DNA of 64,000 bases, taken from NCBI GenBank assembly GCA_900316245.1, contig ONCE01000011.1:1827-65826 (forward strand). The letters are read 5' to 3'. This DNA is from an uncultured Bacteroidales bacterium. GTDB taxonomy: Bacteria; Bacteroidota; Bacteroidia; Bacteroidales; UBA932. Each line of letters starts with the position of its first letter. Position 1 is the stretch's first letter. A program made the position numbers and the translations under genes. Below the pieces are notes generated by a model. The model worked only from the letters and a program-made list of their open reading frames with translations, was not told where the DNA came from and made no database searches. Of the stretch, positions 39,945-49,043 are shown one piece after another.

Positions 39945-42569
39945 TTAGATTCCCAGTTCGTCTTTCATGGCGCGCAGCAGGTCGAAAGCCTGCAGCGGGG
40001 TCATATTGTTGAGGTCGGCGCTCTTCAGGCGGTCCCGGAGGCTCTCCAGCAGAGGGTCGTCCAGTTGGAACATAGAGAGTTGCAGGGAGCCGTCCTTTTC
40101 CACTTTGCCGGCCTTGGTCTGGTGGGGCTTGACGGGCGTGAGGGCGCCAATGGCGTCCAGTTTCTGGCTGTTCTCCAAGGCTTTCAGCGTACGCTCGGCA
40201 CTTTCCAGGACGGGCTGCGGCATACCGGCCATACGGGCCACGTGGATACCGAAACTGTGGGCGGTGCCGCCTTCCTTGATCTTGCGGAGGAAAATGACCT
40301 CACGGCCCACCTCCTTCACCGTTACGTGGAAGTTCTTGACCCGGGGGAAGAGGCCCTCGAGGTCGTTCAGCTCGTGATAGTGGGTGGCGAAGAGGGTCTT
40401 GGCGCCCTTGCCGTATTCGTGGATGTACTCCACGATGCCGCGGGCGATGGACATTCCGTCGTAAGTGGAAGTTCCGCGGCCAATCTCGTCCAGCAGCACC
40501 AGGGAACGGGCCGATAGGTTGTTGAGGATCATGGCCGTTTCCAGCATCTCTACCATAAAGGTGGATTCTCCGCGGGAGATGTTGTCCGTGGCGCCCACGC
40601 GGGTGAACAGCTTGTCAAACCAGCCAATATGGGCCTCCTGGGCCGGGACGAAGGAGCCCACCTGGGCCATCAGCACGATGAGGGCGGTCTGGCGGAGCAG
40701 GGCGCTCTTACCGGCCATATTGGGACCGGTGAGGATGATGATCTGCTGCTTGTCCGTATCCAGATACACGCTGTTGGGAACGTATTCCTCTCCGGCGGGC
40801 ATCAGGGTTTCGATGACGGGGTGCCGGCCCTCGCGGATGTCCAGGGCCTTGCCGTCGTTCATATCCGGGCGGCAGTAGCGGTGCTCTACGGCCTGCTGGG
40901 CAAAGCCGGCCAGTACATCCAGTTTGGCCAGGATGCGGCTGTTGGCCAGGATGTCCGGAATCTGCTGCTGGATGCGGGCGATGAGTTCTCCGTACAGGCG
41001 GCTTTCGATGGCGTAGATGCGGTCTTCGGCCGTCAATATCTTTTCTTCGTACTGCTTGAGTTCTTCCGTGATGTAACGCTCCGCGTTGACCAGGGTCTGC
41101 TTGCGGATCCACTCCGGCGGGACCTTGTCGCGGAAGGTATTGCGGACCTCGATATAGTAGCCGAAAACGTTGTTGTAGGCTATCTTGAGGGAGGAGATGC
41201 CGGTTCTTTCGGCCTCCCGCTGCTGCATCTGGAGGAGGTAGTCCTTGCCTCCGGCGCTCAGGCTGCGGAGTTCGTCCAGTTCGGCGTCCACTCCGGGGCC
41301 GATGACCGGGCCTTTGCCCACCTGCATCGCCGGTTCGGGGGCCAGGACGCGGAAAATCTCCGCCTGTAACTTTTCGCAGTTGTGGAGGCCCTTCAGAAGC
41401 TTTTCCAGAGCCGGAGAGCCGGTGAGGCGGGCTTTGATGGGGCCGGTGAGCGACAGGCCTCGGCCCAGCTGCATTACCTCGCGGGGGTAGGCCTTGCCGG
41501 TGGCGATGCGGCCCAGGATGCGGTCCATATCTCCCAGCTTGCCCAGATCCATCTGGGTCTCGTCCAGCACGGAGGGCTGCTCCGTGAAGTACTGCACCAT
41601 ATCGTAGCGGGCGCCCAGCTCCTTGAGGTCCAGGATGGGCATGGCCAGCCACTGGCGCAGCAGGCGGGCTCCCATAGGGCTGGAGCACTTGTCCAGGGTC
41701 TGTACCAGGGATACGCCATCGGCCCCGGCGGCACTCTGGAACACCTCCAGGTTGCGGAGGGTGAACTTGTCCATCCACACGAAGCGGGCCTCGTCAATGC
41801 GGCCTATGGTGCAGATGTTCTTGAGACCCGTGTGCTGGGTCTGCTCCAGATAGACCAGGAGGGCGCCGGCGCTGCAGATGCCCAGCGGGAAGGGGTCTAT
41901 GGCAAAGCCTTTGAGGCTCTCTACCTGCAGCTGCCTCTTGAGGCGCTCCACGGCGGAGTCGTATACGAAGGCCCACTCGTCAATGGAAGTGGTGTAGATG
42001 TCTCCCAGGCGCTCGCGGAGGCCTTTCTCATAGCCTCTTTGCACCACCAGTTCCTTGGGCTTGAGGGAGCCTACCAGCGTGGCAATGTAGTCCAGCGAAC
42101 CCTGGGCCACCTGGAACTGGCCGGTGGATACGTCCAGGAAGGCGGCGCCGCACTGGTTCTTTTCCAGGGTGAGGCCGCAGAGGAAGTTGTTTTCCTTGGT
42201 CTCCAGCATATTCTCCCCGAAGGAGATGCCGGGGGTTACGATTTCCGTAACGCCGCGCTTGACCAGTTTCTTGGCAAATTTAGGGTCTTCCAATTGGTCG
42301 CAGACGGCCACTTTATAGCCGGCGCGCACCAGTTTGGTGAGGTAATTCTCCAGGGCGTGATGGGGGAAGCCGGCCATGGCCACGGGGCCTTTGTCTCCGT
42401 TGGATTTCTTGGTCTGAACCAGCCCCAGGACCCGTACGGCGGTGATGGCGTCGTCCGAGTACATTTCGTAAAAGTCTCCCACCCTGTACAGGAGCAGAGC
42501 CTCGGGGTGTTGTGCTTTCACCTCGAAGTAATGCCGCAGCATAGGGGTATCTTCTGCCATCTTTGCCAT
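39945..42569 (-). CDS. mutS: DNA mismatch repair protein MutS
   Basis: TPML..Y, LYRVGDFYE, AGFPHHA, TGPNMAGKS, DKLFTRVG, ESTFMVEM, DEIGRGT and ATHYHEL motifs; start ATG 42569. Confidence 0.97.
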   Translation of the reverse strand: MAKMAEDTPMLRHYFEVKAQHPEALLLYRVGDFYEMYSDDAITAVRVLGLVQTKKSNGDKGPVAMAGFPHHALENYLTKLVRAGYKVAVCDQLEDPKFAKKLVKRGVTEIVTPGISFGENMLETKENNFLCGLTLEKNQCGAAFLDVSTGQFQVAQGSLDYIATLVGSLKPKELVVQRGYEKGLRERLGDIYTTSIDEWAFVYDSAVERLKRQLQVESLKGFAIDPFPLGICSAGALLVYLEQTQHTGLKNICTIGRIDEARFVWMDKFTLRNLEVFQSAAGADGVSLVQTLDKCSSPMGARLLRQWLAMPILDLKELGARYDMVQYFTEQPSVLDETQMDLGKLGDMDRILGRIATGKAYPREVMQLGRGLSLTGPIKARLTGSPALEKLLKGLHNCEKLQAEIFRVLAPEPAMQVGKGPVIGPGVDAELDELRSLSAGGKDYLLQMQQREAERTGISSLKIAYNNVFGYYIEVRNTFRDKVPPEWIRKQTLVNAERYITEELKQYEEKILTAEDRIYAIESRLYGELIARIQQQIPDILANSRILAKLDVLAGFAQQAVEHRYCRPDMNDGKALDIREGRHPVIETLMPAGEEYVPNSVYLDTDKQQIIILTGPNMAGKSALLRQTALIVLMAQVGSFVPAQEAHIGWFDKLFTRVGATDNISRGESTFMVEMLETAMILNNLSARSLVLLDEIGRGTSTYDGMSIARGIVEYIHEYGKGAKTLFATHYHELNDLEGLFPRVKNFHVTVKEVGREVIFLRKIKEGGTAHSFGIHVARMAGMPQPVLESAERTLKALENSQKLDAIGALTPVKPHQTKAGKVEKDGSLQLSMFQLDDPLLESLRDRLKSADLNNMTPLQAFDLLRAMKDELGI

Positions 42570-42576
42570 AGGAATA

Positions 42577-42584
42577 CAAATATA
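42577..42584 (-). promoter_or_regulatory. -7 promoter element (TATATTTG) for mutS
   Basis: caaatata, 7 nt upstream of ATG 42569. Confidence 0.65.
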
Positions 42585-42605
42585 CAAATAATTTCTAACC
42601 GTCGT

Positions 42606-42718
42606 TTGGGCCAGGTGGGATTTCGTGCCGCCCACCGCGCCCGCATAACGAGCCTTTTGCGAACGGAGAGGCCAAAACAATGGGCCAGGTGGTACACGTA
42701 GAATCCCACCTGGCCCAA
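42606..42718. repeat. 113-bp intergenic element with perfect 17-bp terminal inverted repeats (MITE-like)
   Basis: ttgggccaggtgggatt (42606-42622) and aatcccacctggcccaa (42702-42718); an internal 12-bp copy tgggccaggtgg at 42681-42692. Confidence 0.75.
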
Positions 42719-42736
42719 GTCATAATCCCCAAAAGC

Positions 42737-43417
42737 CTATTTCCACCAGTTGGGTTTGGCGTAGGAGAAGTCCTTCCGCTCGGCAGCCCAGGCGTCGTTT
42801 ACGTACACCGTATCGGCCCGGTCGGTGTAAAGAATGCCGTCCAGATGGTCGCACTCGTGCTGGAAGATAATGGCCGAATAGCCGTCTACCTGCTCCGAGA
42901 CAAAGGTCCCGTCCGGCGTCAGATAGCTGATCTGCACACTGGGATAGCGGCGCACGATGCCTTGGTAAGGCGGCAGGGAAAGGCAGCCCTCGGGACCCGG
43001 CTGAGGGGTGCCGTACAGACTGTCAATCTGGATATTCAGATAGGGCTCGATGGGCTGGCCGGGCTTGTCGTAGCGCATGACCAGCACTATGCGGCGGTTG
43101 ATGCCCACCTGCGGTGCGGCCAGGCCCACGCCGTCCTGGGAAGGATCGGTAAGGGTGTGCATCATCTTGGCCAGGAGAGTCTTGAGCTCGGAAGAGGCCA
43201 GCTCCCGGTCCGAGAGGTTGGGACTGACGGCCCGCAGGATGGCGCTGTCTTGCGGCATCACGCAGACGTACATCAGGGAATCCGACTTTTCAATTACCGT
43301 CCGTTCCCAGTGGGAAAACGGATGGGAGTGTTTCCATAAGAGAAAACCCAACAGCACCACCAGGCACAGGAGGATGGGAAGCGAGGCTTTTTTGCGGAAT
43401 AGTTTCTTAGCGTTCAT
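42737..43417 (-). CDS. def: Peptide deformylase with N-terminal transmembrane/signal segment
   Basis: GVGLAAPQVG, EGCLS and QHECDHLDG catalytic motifs; hydrophobic LPILLCLVVLLGFLLW after a basic N-terminus; ATG 43417. Confidence 0.88.
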   Translation of the reverse strand: MNAKKLFRKKASLPILLCLVVLLGFLLWKHSHPFSHWERTVIEKSDSLMYVCVMPQDSAILRAVSPNLSDRELASSELKTLLAKMMHTLTDPSQDGVGLAAPQVGINRRIVLVMRYDKPGQPIEPYLNIQIDSLYGTPQPGPEGCLSLPPYQGIVRRYPSVQISYLTPDGTFVSEQVDGYSAIIFQHECDHLDGILYTDRADTVYVNDAWAAERKDFSYAKPNWWK

Positions 43418-43422
43418 AGTCA

Positions 43423-43450
43423 CAAAGGTAGTAAATATTTCCTATCTTTG
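43423..43450. promoter_or_regulatory. Bidirectional promoter (CAAAGGTA-N12-TATCTTTG) for def and the GT4 gene
   Basis: Opposed TAnnTTTG elements at 43423-43430 (-) and 43443-43450 (+). Confidence 0.75.
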
Positions 43451-43457
43451 CAGGTGT

Positions 43458-44750
43458 ATGAAGCGCGTACTGGTCATAGCCTATTACTGGCCGCCGTCCG
43501 GAGGGTCGGGGGTGCAACGCTGGGTCAAATTTGTGAAGTATCTGTCGGCCGAAGGCTGGCAGCCCGTGGTGTTTGCCCCGTCCAACGCAGATTACCCCTC
43601 CCTGGACCCGTCCTTCGAGGCCGAAGTCCCTTCCGAGGTAGAGGTGCTGCGGGGCCCCATCTGGGAGCCCTATTCGGCCTACCGGAAACTTACCGGTGCC
43701 AAGAGTACGCAAGTGACGGAAATCTCTTCCGGCAAAAAGACGCCCAAGCAGAAACTCAGTCTCTGGGTCCGGGCCAACCTCTTTGTGCCGGACCCCCGCG
43801 TGGGCTGGGTAAAACCCTCCGTGAAGACCCTCAAGGCGTATCTGGCCCAACATCCGGTAGACGCCATCGTCACCACCGGTCCGCCGCATTCCGTGCACCT
43901 GATAGGCCAGCGTCTCCACAAGGACCTGGGTACGCCCTGGATTCCGGATTTCCGGGATCCCTGGAGCCGGATGTACTACCTCAAGTACCTTCCTATGACC
44001 TCCGGCATCTGGGCCCGGCTGAGGAAGATGGAGCAGGACGTGCTGGACCAAAGTACCGCCGTACTGACCTGCACGCCGCAGGTACAGGCCGAATTCCGGG
44101 CGCAGACCCAGACGCCCGTGGCGTGCATCACCAACGGTTTTGACGAAGAAGATTTCGCCGGCCCCGCACCCAAGGGGGACGGCCTGTTCAATATCACCCA
44201 CACCGGGCTTTTCGCGGCCGACGGCAACCCCCTGGCCCTCTGGAAAGTACTGGAGAAACTGGCCAAGACGGAGCCCGGCTTCAAGCAGGAACTGCGCCTC
44301 CGCCTGGTAGGAAAAGTGGACCGGGAAGTGCTGGACGCCATAGCGGCGGCCGGCCTTTCGGACAACGTGGTGCTGCTGGGGCCCCTGAATCACGCCGAGG
44401 CCGTGAAGGAGCAGCGCAGCGCCAGCCTTCTGCTGCTGCCCCTGAGAAACGACCCCCAGTACGCCCCCATCCTGCCCGGTAAACTCTTCGAGTACCTGGC
44501 GGCCCGCCGCCCCATCCTGGGAATCGGCCAGGAAGAAGGGGCCATGGCCCAGGTAATCTTCAACGCCCAGGCCGGCATAACGGCCGACTGGGAGAACCCG
44601 GCGCCTATGCGCGCCTTCCTGGCCCACGCCTGGCAACAGCATTGCGAAGGCGGCATCCCCGCCACAACGGGGGATATAACCCCCTATACCCGCCGCGCCA
44701 CCACCCACGCGTTGGCGCAACTTCTGGAAAAAGTAACCCAAAATGAATAA
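43458..44750 (+). CDS. Glycosyltransferase family 4 protein
   Basis: MKRVLVIAYYWPPSGGSGVQRW, TTGPPHSVH, DFRDPW, ITNGFD and PGKLFEYLA motifs. True start is ATG 43458, not 43077. Confidence 0.92.
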   Translation: MKRVLVIAYYWPPSGGSGVQRWVKFVKYLSAEGWQPVVFAPSNADYPSLDPSFEAEVPSEVEVLRGPIWEPYSAYRKLTGAKSTQVTEISSGKKTPKQKLSLWVRANLFVPDPRVGWVKPSVKTLKAYLAQHPVDAIVTTGPPHSVHLIGQRLHKDLGTPWIPDFRDPWSRMYYLKYLPMTSGIWARLRKMEQDVLDQSTAVLTCTPQVQAEFRAQTQTPVACITNGFDEEDFAGPAPKGDGLFNITHTGLFAADGNPLALWKVLEKLAKTEPGFKQELRLRLVGKVDREVLDAIAAAGLSDNVVLLGPLNHAEAVKEQRSASLLLLPLRNDPQYAPILPGKLFEYLAARRPILGIGQEEGAMAQVIFNAQAGITADWENPAPMRAFLAHAWQQHCEGGIPATTGDITPYTRRATTHALAQLLEKVTQNE

Positions 44751-47232
44751 AGAACTCCTCAAGAAGATAGGCCTGGCCCTGGGCATCGTTGCGCTGTTCC
44801 TGGCGCTCAGTTACGGTTTTGTCCCGCAGGTGCTGGAAGGCAAGATCGTGAACCAGAGCGACATCTCCGGCTATGTGGGTATGTCCCACGAGATGACGGA
44901 ATGGAACAAGGCCCACCCGGACAATCCCACGTACTGGACGGACTCGATGTTTGGCGGAATGCCCACCACGGCCATCTCTACCCAGAACGGAGGAGACTAT
45001 ACGCAGCCGCTGTACAACCTGCTGTTTGCCGGCAAGCGTCCGGCCACCTGGCTGTTTGTGACTATGCTGGGAGCCTTCCTGCTGTTCCTGGCCTTGGGCG
45101 TGAGCTGGCCGGTGGCGGTGGGCGGCGCCATTGCCGTGGCTTTCTGCAGCTACAATTTCCAGATTATCCAGGTGGGGCACAACACCAAGATGCAGGCCAT
45201 CGCCCTGTTCCCCTGGGTGCTGGCGGCGCTGGTGTATACGTACAAGGCCGACGGCCGCTGGAAACGGCTTCTGGGCGCGGTCCTTTTCGGCCTCACCCTC
45301 AGTTTTCAGGTGAAGGCCAACCACCAGCAGATTACTTACTATCTGGCTATCGTGGTGCTTCTGTATGCCCTGGTGGAACTGGTCCATACCGTTAAAACCA
45401 AGCAGTGGAAGCCTTTCCTGGTGGCATCGGCCCTCCTTCTGGTGCTGGGCCTGACGGGTATTGCCACCAACACCAACAAACTGCTTCCGCTGGCCAAATA
45501 TACGCCCAATACCATGCGCGGCGGCTCGGAACTTTCCAAGGACGGCGCCAACTCCAAGGGCCTGGACCTGGATTATGCCACCTCCTGGAGCTATGGCTGG
45601 GAAGAACTTCCCAACCTGATGATCCCCAATTTCAACGGCGGTGCCTCGGCTGGTGAAGTGAACCCGGACAAGTCCGAAACCATCCAGCTCCTCAAGAAAG
45701 CCGGACAGCGCAACCTCAAGGAAACCGCCAAGAACCTGCCGCTTTACTGGGGCCCGCAGCCCTTCACGGCCGGTCCTATGTATATGGGAGCCATTTCCGT
45801 GTTCCTCTTTGTGCTGGGCCTGTTCCTGTACAAGGGGCGCAACAAGTGGTGGATTATCGCCGCCACCATCCTGGCGGTCCTTATGGCCGTGGGAAGCCAT
45901 TTTATGGCCTTTACCAAGTTCTGCTTCAACGTCCTTCCGCTGTATAACAAGTTCCGGACGGTGTCCATGGCGCTGATCGTGCTGCAGGTGACGCTGCCGG
46001 TGCTGGGTTTCCTTACGCTGGACGGCATCCTCAAAGAAGAATACAACCAGAAGGCCTTCAAGAAAGGCCTGTTCTGGGCCCTGGGCCTCACGGGCGGTTT
46101 CTGCCTGCTGGCCTGGCTGGTTCCCGGCCTCTTTGGCACCTTCTCCTCCGACGCCGACGCCCAGATGCAGGATGTGCTGGTAGACGCCCTCGTCGCAGAC
46201 CGCATCGCCCTTTTCCGGGCCGATGCCCTCACTTCCCTCCTTCTCATCCTGGTATCGGCCGGCCTCCTTTACTGGGCCTATATGCCCAAGGGACGCAAGT
46301 GGGTGGCCGCCGCGGGCATCTGCGTGCTCAGCGCCGCCAACCTCTTCATCGTGGGCAAGCGGTACCTCAACGCGGATGATTTCACCACGCCCAAGGACTT
46401 CAACAAGCCCTTCGCCGAGCGCCCGGTAGACCAGGTGATCAAGGCCGATGAAGACCCGCAGTACCGCGTGCTGGACCTGACGGTGAACGTGTTCAACTCC
46501 TCCGTTCCGTCTTACCGTCACAAAAGCGTGGGCGGCTATTCTCCCGCCAAGCTCCAGCGTTACCAGGACCTCATAGAGCACTATCTTTCCGGAGAGATCA
46601 ACGGCCTGTACAAGCAGCTCAACGAGGCCGAAGAATTGGAGGACGTAACCGAATGGATGGCCGATAAGACCCCTGTTCTCAATGCCCTCAACACTCGTTA
46701 CATTATCCTGGACGGCGGTTATCCGCCGCTGGTGAACGAGGCCGCCTTCGGCCCCGCCTGGTTTGTGGATGAGGTGGTTGAGGCGGCGAACCCCGACGAA
46801 GAAATAGCCCTCCTGGGCGCGGTTGATTTAAAGCGCCAGGCGGTGGTCCGTCATACCGACGCCCCCCTCTCCGGAGATTCTCCCGGCTCTGAAGAGCCTC
46901 GGAATGACAGTATCGAGATGACCTCCTACGCCCCCAACGAGTTGCATTATCGTTACACGGCAGCCTCTGACCGCCTGGCCGTGTTCTCAGAAATCTACTA
47001 CCCTGACGGCTGGCATGCCACCGTGGACGGGGAACCCGTGGACCTCGTCAGGGCCGACTGGACCTTCCGCGCCGCCCTCCTTCCCGCCGGAGAGCACGAG
47101 GTGGTGATGACCTTCCTCCCGGACAGCTACCGGGTGGGCGCTGCCGTTTCCCGGGCCACCTCCATCTGCCTGCTCCTGCTGCTCCTTCTGGGCCTGGGCA
47201 TGGCCTTCGTTTCTTATAAAAAGAAGTCATGA
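44743..47232 (+). CDS. YfhO-family (GT-C fold) polytopic membrane protein
   Basis: QSDISGY, WTDSMFGGMP, NHQQITYY, RGGSEL, WGPQPFT, GYSPAKLQRYQD, YAPNELHY and FSEIYYPDGW segments with many TM helices. Confidence 0.88.
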   Translation: MNKELLKKIGLALGIVALFLALSYGFVPQVLEGKIVNQSDISGYVGMSHEMTEWNKAHPDNPTYWTDSMFGGMPTTAISTQNGGDYTQPLYNLLFAGKRPATWLFVTMLGAFLLFLALGVSWPVAVGGAIAVAFCSYNFQIIQVGHNTKMQAIALFPWVLAALVYTYKADGRWKRLLGAVLFGLTLSFQVKANHQQITYYLAIVVLLYALVELVHTVKTKQWKPFLVASALLLVLGLTGIATNTNKLLPLAKYTPNTMRGGSELSKDGANSKGLDLDYATSWSYGWEELPNLMIPNFNGGASAGEVNPDKSETIQLLKKAGQRNLKETAKNLPLYWGPQPFTAGPMYMGAISVFLFVLGLFLYKGRNKWWIIAATILAVLMAVGSHFMAFTKFCFNVLPLYNKFRTVSMALIVLQVTLPVLGFLTLDGILKEEYNQKAFKKGLFWALGLTGGFCLLAWLVPGLFGTFSSDADAQMQDVLVDALVADRIALFRADALTSLLLILVSAGLLYWAYMPKGRKWVAAAGICVLSAANLFIVGKRYLNADDFTTPKDFNKPFAERPVDQVIKADEDPQYRVLDLTVNVFNSSVPSYRHKSVGGYSPAKLQRYQDLIEHYLSGEINGLYKQLNEAEELEDVTEWMADKTPVLNALNTRYIILDGGYPPLVNEAAFGPAWFVDEVVEAANPDEEIALLGAVDLKRQAVVRHTDAPLSGDSPGSEEPRNDSIEMTSYAPNELHYRYTAASDRLAVFSEIYYPDGWHATVDGEPVDLVRADWTFRAALLPAGEHEVVMTFLPDSYRVGAAVSRATSICLLLLLLLGLGMAFVSYKKKS

Positions 47233-49043
47233 AATCCGTTCGTCAGATAGCCCTGGCCCTGTTTCTTCTGGCCTTTGCCCCTTCCCTGCATGCGCAGTGG
47301 ACAGGGACCTTCAACATAAGCGGGGGATACTGGCAGATGCCCTCCCGTTCGGAGGAGGACCTGGCCTTGGAAAATGCCTTGGGAAAGGCCGGGGTGCAAA
47401 TGACGTACAAGACCCGGAAACTGCTTTGGGAAACCAACCTGAACGGACAGTTTACCAGCAAGCAGACGGATGTAATCCGCCTCTCCGTAAGCAACAAGGG
47501 CGGAAACATAGAAGAGGAAATCCGGGATGCCGCAGAGACCGAGATGCTGGACAAACTCAAGGGACAGGAGGTCTGGAACGCGGATTTTAAAACAAGAGTG
47601 CTGTTTAAACCCGCTGTGGGCCGGGAATATGAAACCTGGTTGCAGTATACGTTCAAAAGCGACGAATCGCTTACCGGGTCGGACCGCGACAAGTACAGAT
47701 ACAACAAGGAGAACGAGGACTGGGTCAACCTGGAAGAGCTTTTTATTGAATCCGCCCTCCAAACCGACCATTCGGCCCTGGGAGGCTTCCGCACCTCGCA
47801 CCGGCTGGGCTCTCCCAGGCGGGTGCTCAAAGGCGAAATCACCCTGCAGGAGAAGTGGCAGGACAAGAACAGCAGCTGGACCAAACTGAAGGGAGTGGAG
47901 GCCGAGCTGGAAAACTGGGACCTCACGGCCTATCGCCTGACCCCCAGTTCGTCCAGTCAGATTGTCAACACCTCCGTCCACCTGCAAGACTCCGTGATAA
48001 CCTCGGGCCCCGTCCGCCTGCATATAGACCCCGGCGTACGCGTCAGGGGTGAGTATACCCACGACCGCAAGAGCGGCGCCAACCTGGAACCCGACGGAAC
48101 CTGGAAGGACAGTACCCGCCTGCGGGAGACCTTTGACTTCCTGTCCTTGGCCATTGAGCCTTATCTGGTAGCGGATTTCTCGTGGTCGAAGCTTCGTGCC
48201 CATATCAACTATGCCCCCCAGATCTATGGCCGTAAGCTGACCGACGATACCCATACCCAGAACCTCCAGTTCCAGCGCCTCTACCTGGTGGGAGACTCGT
48301 ATCTGAGCTGGACGTTCTCTCCCTCCCACAAATTATACCTCAGGAGCAAGTCCTCGGTAAGCCATCCTTCCTATATCCAGATTTGCTGGTACGAGCGCCA
48401 GGGTAACTACCTGACCCAGATTTACCGGGGCAAGGAATCGTTGCGTTCCGTGCCATCGCATGCCGTCAGTCTGGAATACGAATTCAAGTACAAGCGCTTC
48501 TCTTCCACAACCACCTTCTCCTATACGTCCAAGCGCGACGAAATTGACCAGACCTTCACCAACGAGACCATCGATGGCCGCGACTATCAGGTATTTACCT
48601 GGGTCAACGCCTCCAACAGCCGGGTGCTGGGCTTCTCCGAGAAACTGGGCTGGAAGGGGAAGATTCTTACGGCCAATGTGGGCGTCAATTACAACGGGAC
48701 CCGCCGCATCCGGCAGGAAACCGGGAACATCAAGAAATCCACGGACTGGCGAGCCTGGGCCGATGCCTCCCTTCGCCTCGGCCACGGCTGGACCGTGGGG
48801 GCCGATGTGAACTACCGTAGCGCCGTAGCCACGTTCTTTACCTTGTTCAAGGGGTATTGCGCGTTCAATGCCCGGATCCAGAAAGACTTCAAAAGAATAA
48901 CCCTTACCTTGGAGGGTAAGGATTTACTGGATAAAAGGGAAGAAAAGGAGTTCATCTCAGAAAACCAGAGCGAGGCCTGGATTGAGGTTTCCCGCCTCAA
49001 CCGCCGGATGATCGTTCTGGGAATCCGCTGGAAATTCCTTTAG
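47229..49043 (+). CDS. Outer-membrane beta-barrel protein (OMP_b-brl_3-like)
   Basis: Signal peptide ending LHA; amphipathic strands; C-terminal LEGKDLLD...RMIVLGIRWKFL. Confidence 0.65.
   Translation: MKSVRQIALALFLLAFAPSLHAQWTGTFNISGGYWQMPSRSEEDLALENALGKAGVQMTYKTRKLLWETNLNGQFTSKQTDVIRLSVSNKGGNIEEEIRDAAETEMLDKLKGQEVWNADFKTRVLFKPAVGREYETWLQYTFKSDESLTGSDRDKYRYNKENEDWVNLEELFIESALQTDHSALGGFRTSHRLGSPRRVLKGEITLQEKWQDKNSSWTKLKGVEAELENWDLTAYRLTPSSSSQIVNTSVHLQDSVITSGPVRLHIDPGVRVRGEYTHDRKSGANLEPDGTWKDSTRLRETFDFLSLAIEPYLVADFSWSKLRAHINYAPQIYGRKLTDDTHTQNLQFQRLYLVGDSYLSWTFSPSHKLYLRSKSSVSHPSYIQICWYERQGNYLTQIYRGKESLRSVPSHAVSLEYEFKYKRFSSTTTFSYTSKRDEIDQTFTNETIDGRDYQVFTWVNASNSRVLGFSEKLGWKGKILTANVGVNYNGTRRIRQETGNIKKSTDWRAWADASLRLGHGWTVGADVNYRSAVATFFTLFKGYCAFNARIQKDFKRITLTLEGKDLLDKREEKEFISENQSEAWIEVSRLNRRMIVLGIRWKFL

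Noticed and set aside
43077-43457. N-terminal 127-aa extension of the GT4 ORF (and similar extensions of mutS, thyA, NSS1, rnhB and transglutaminase-like gene 1)
   Set aside because: The extensions overlap neighbouring genes or promoters; family-typical starts and TAnnTTTG positions support the shorter starts.
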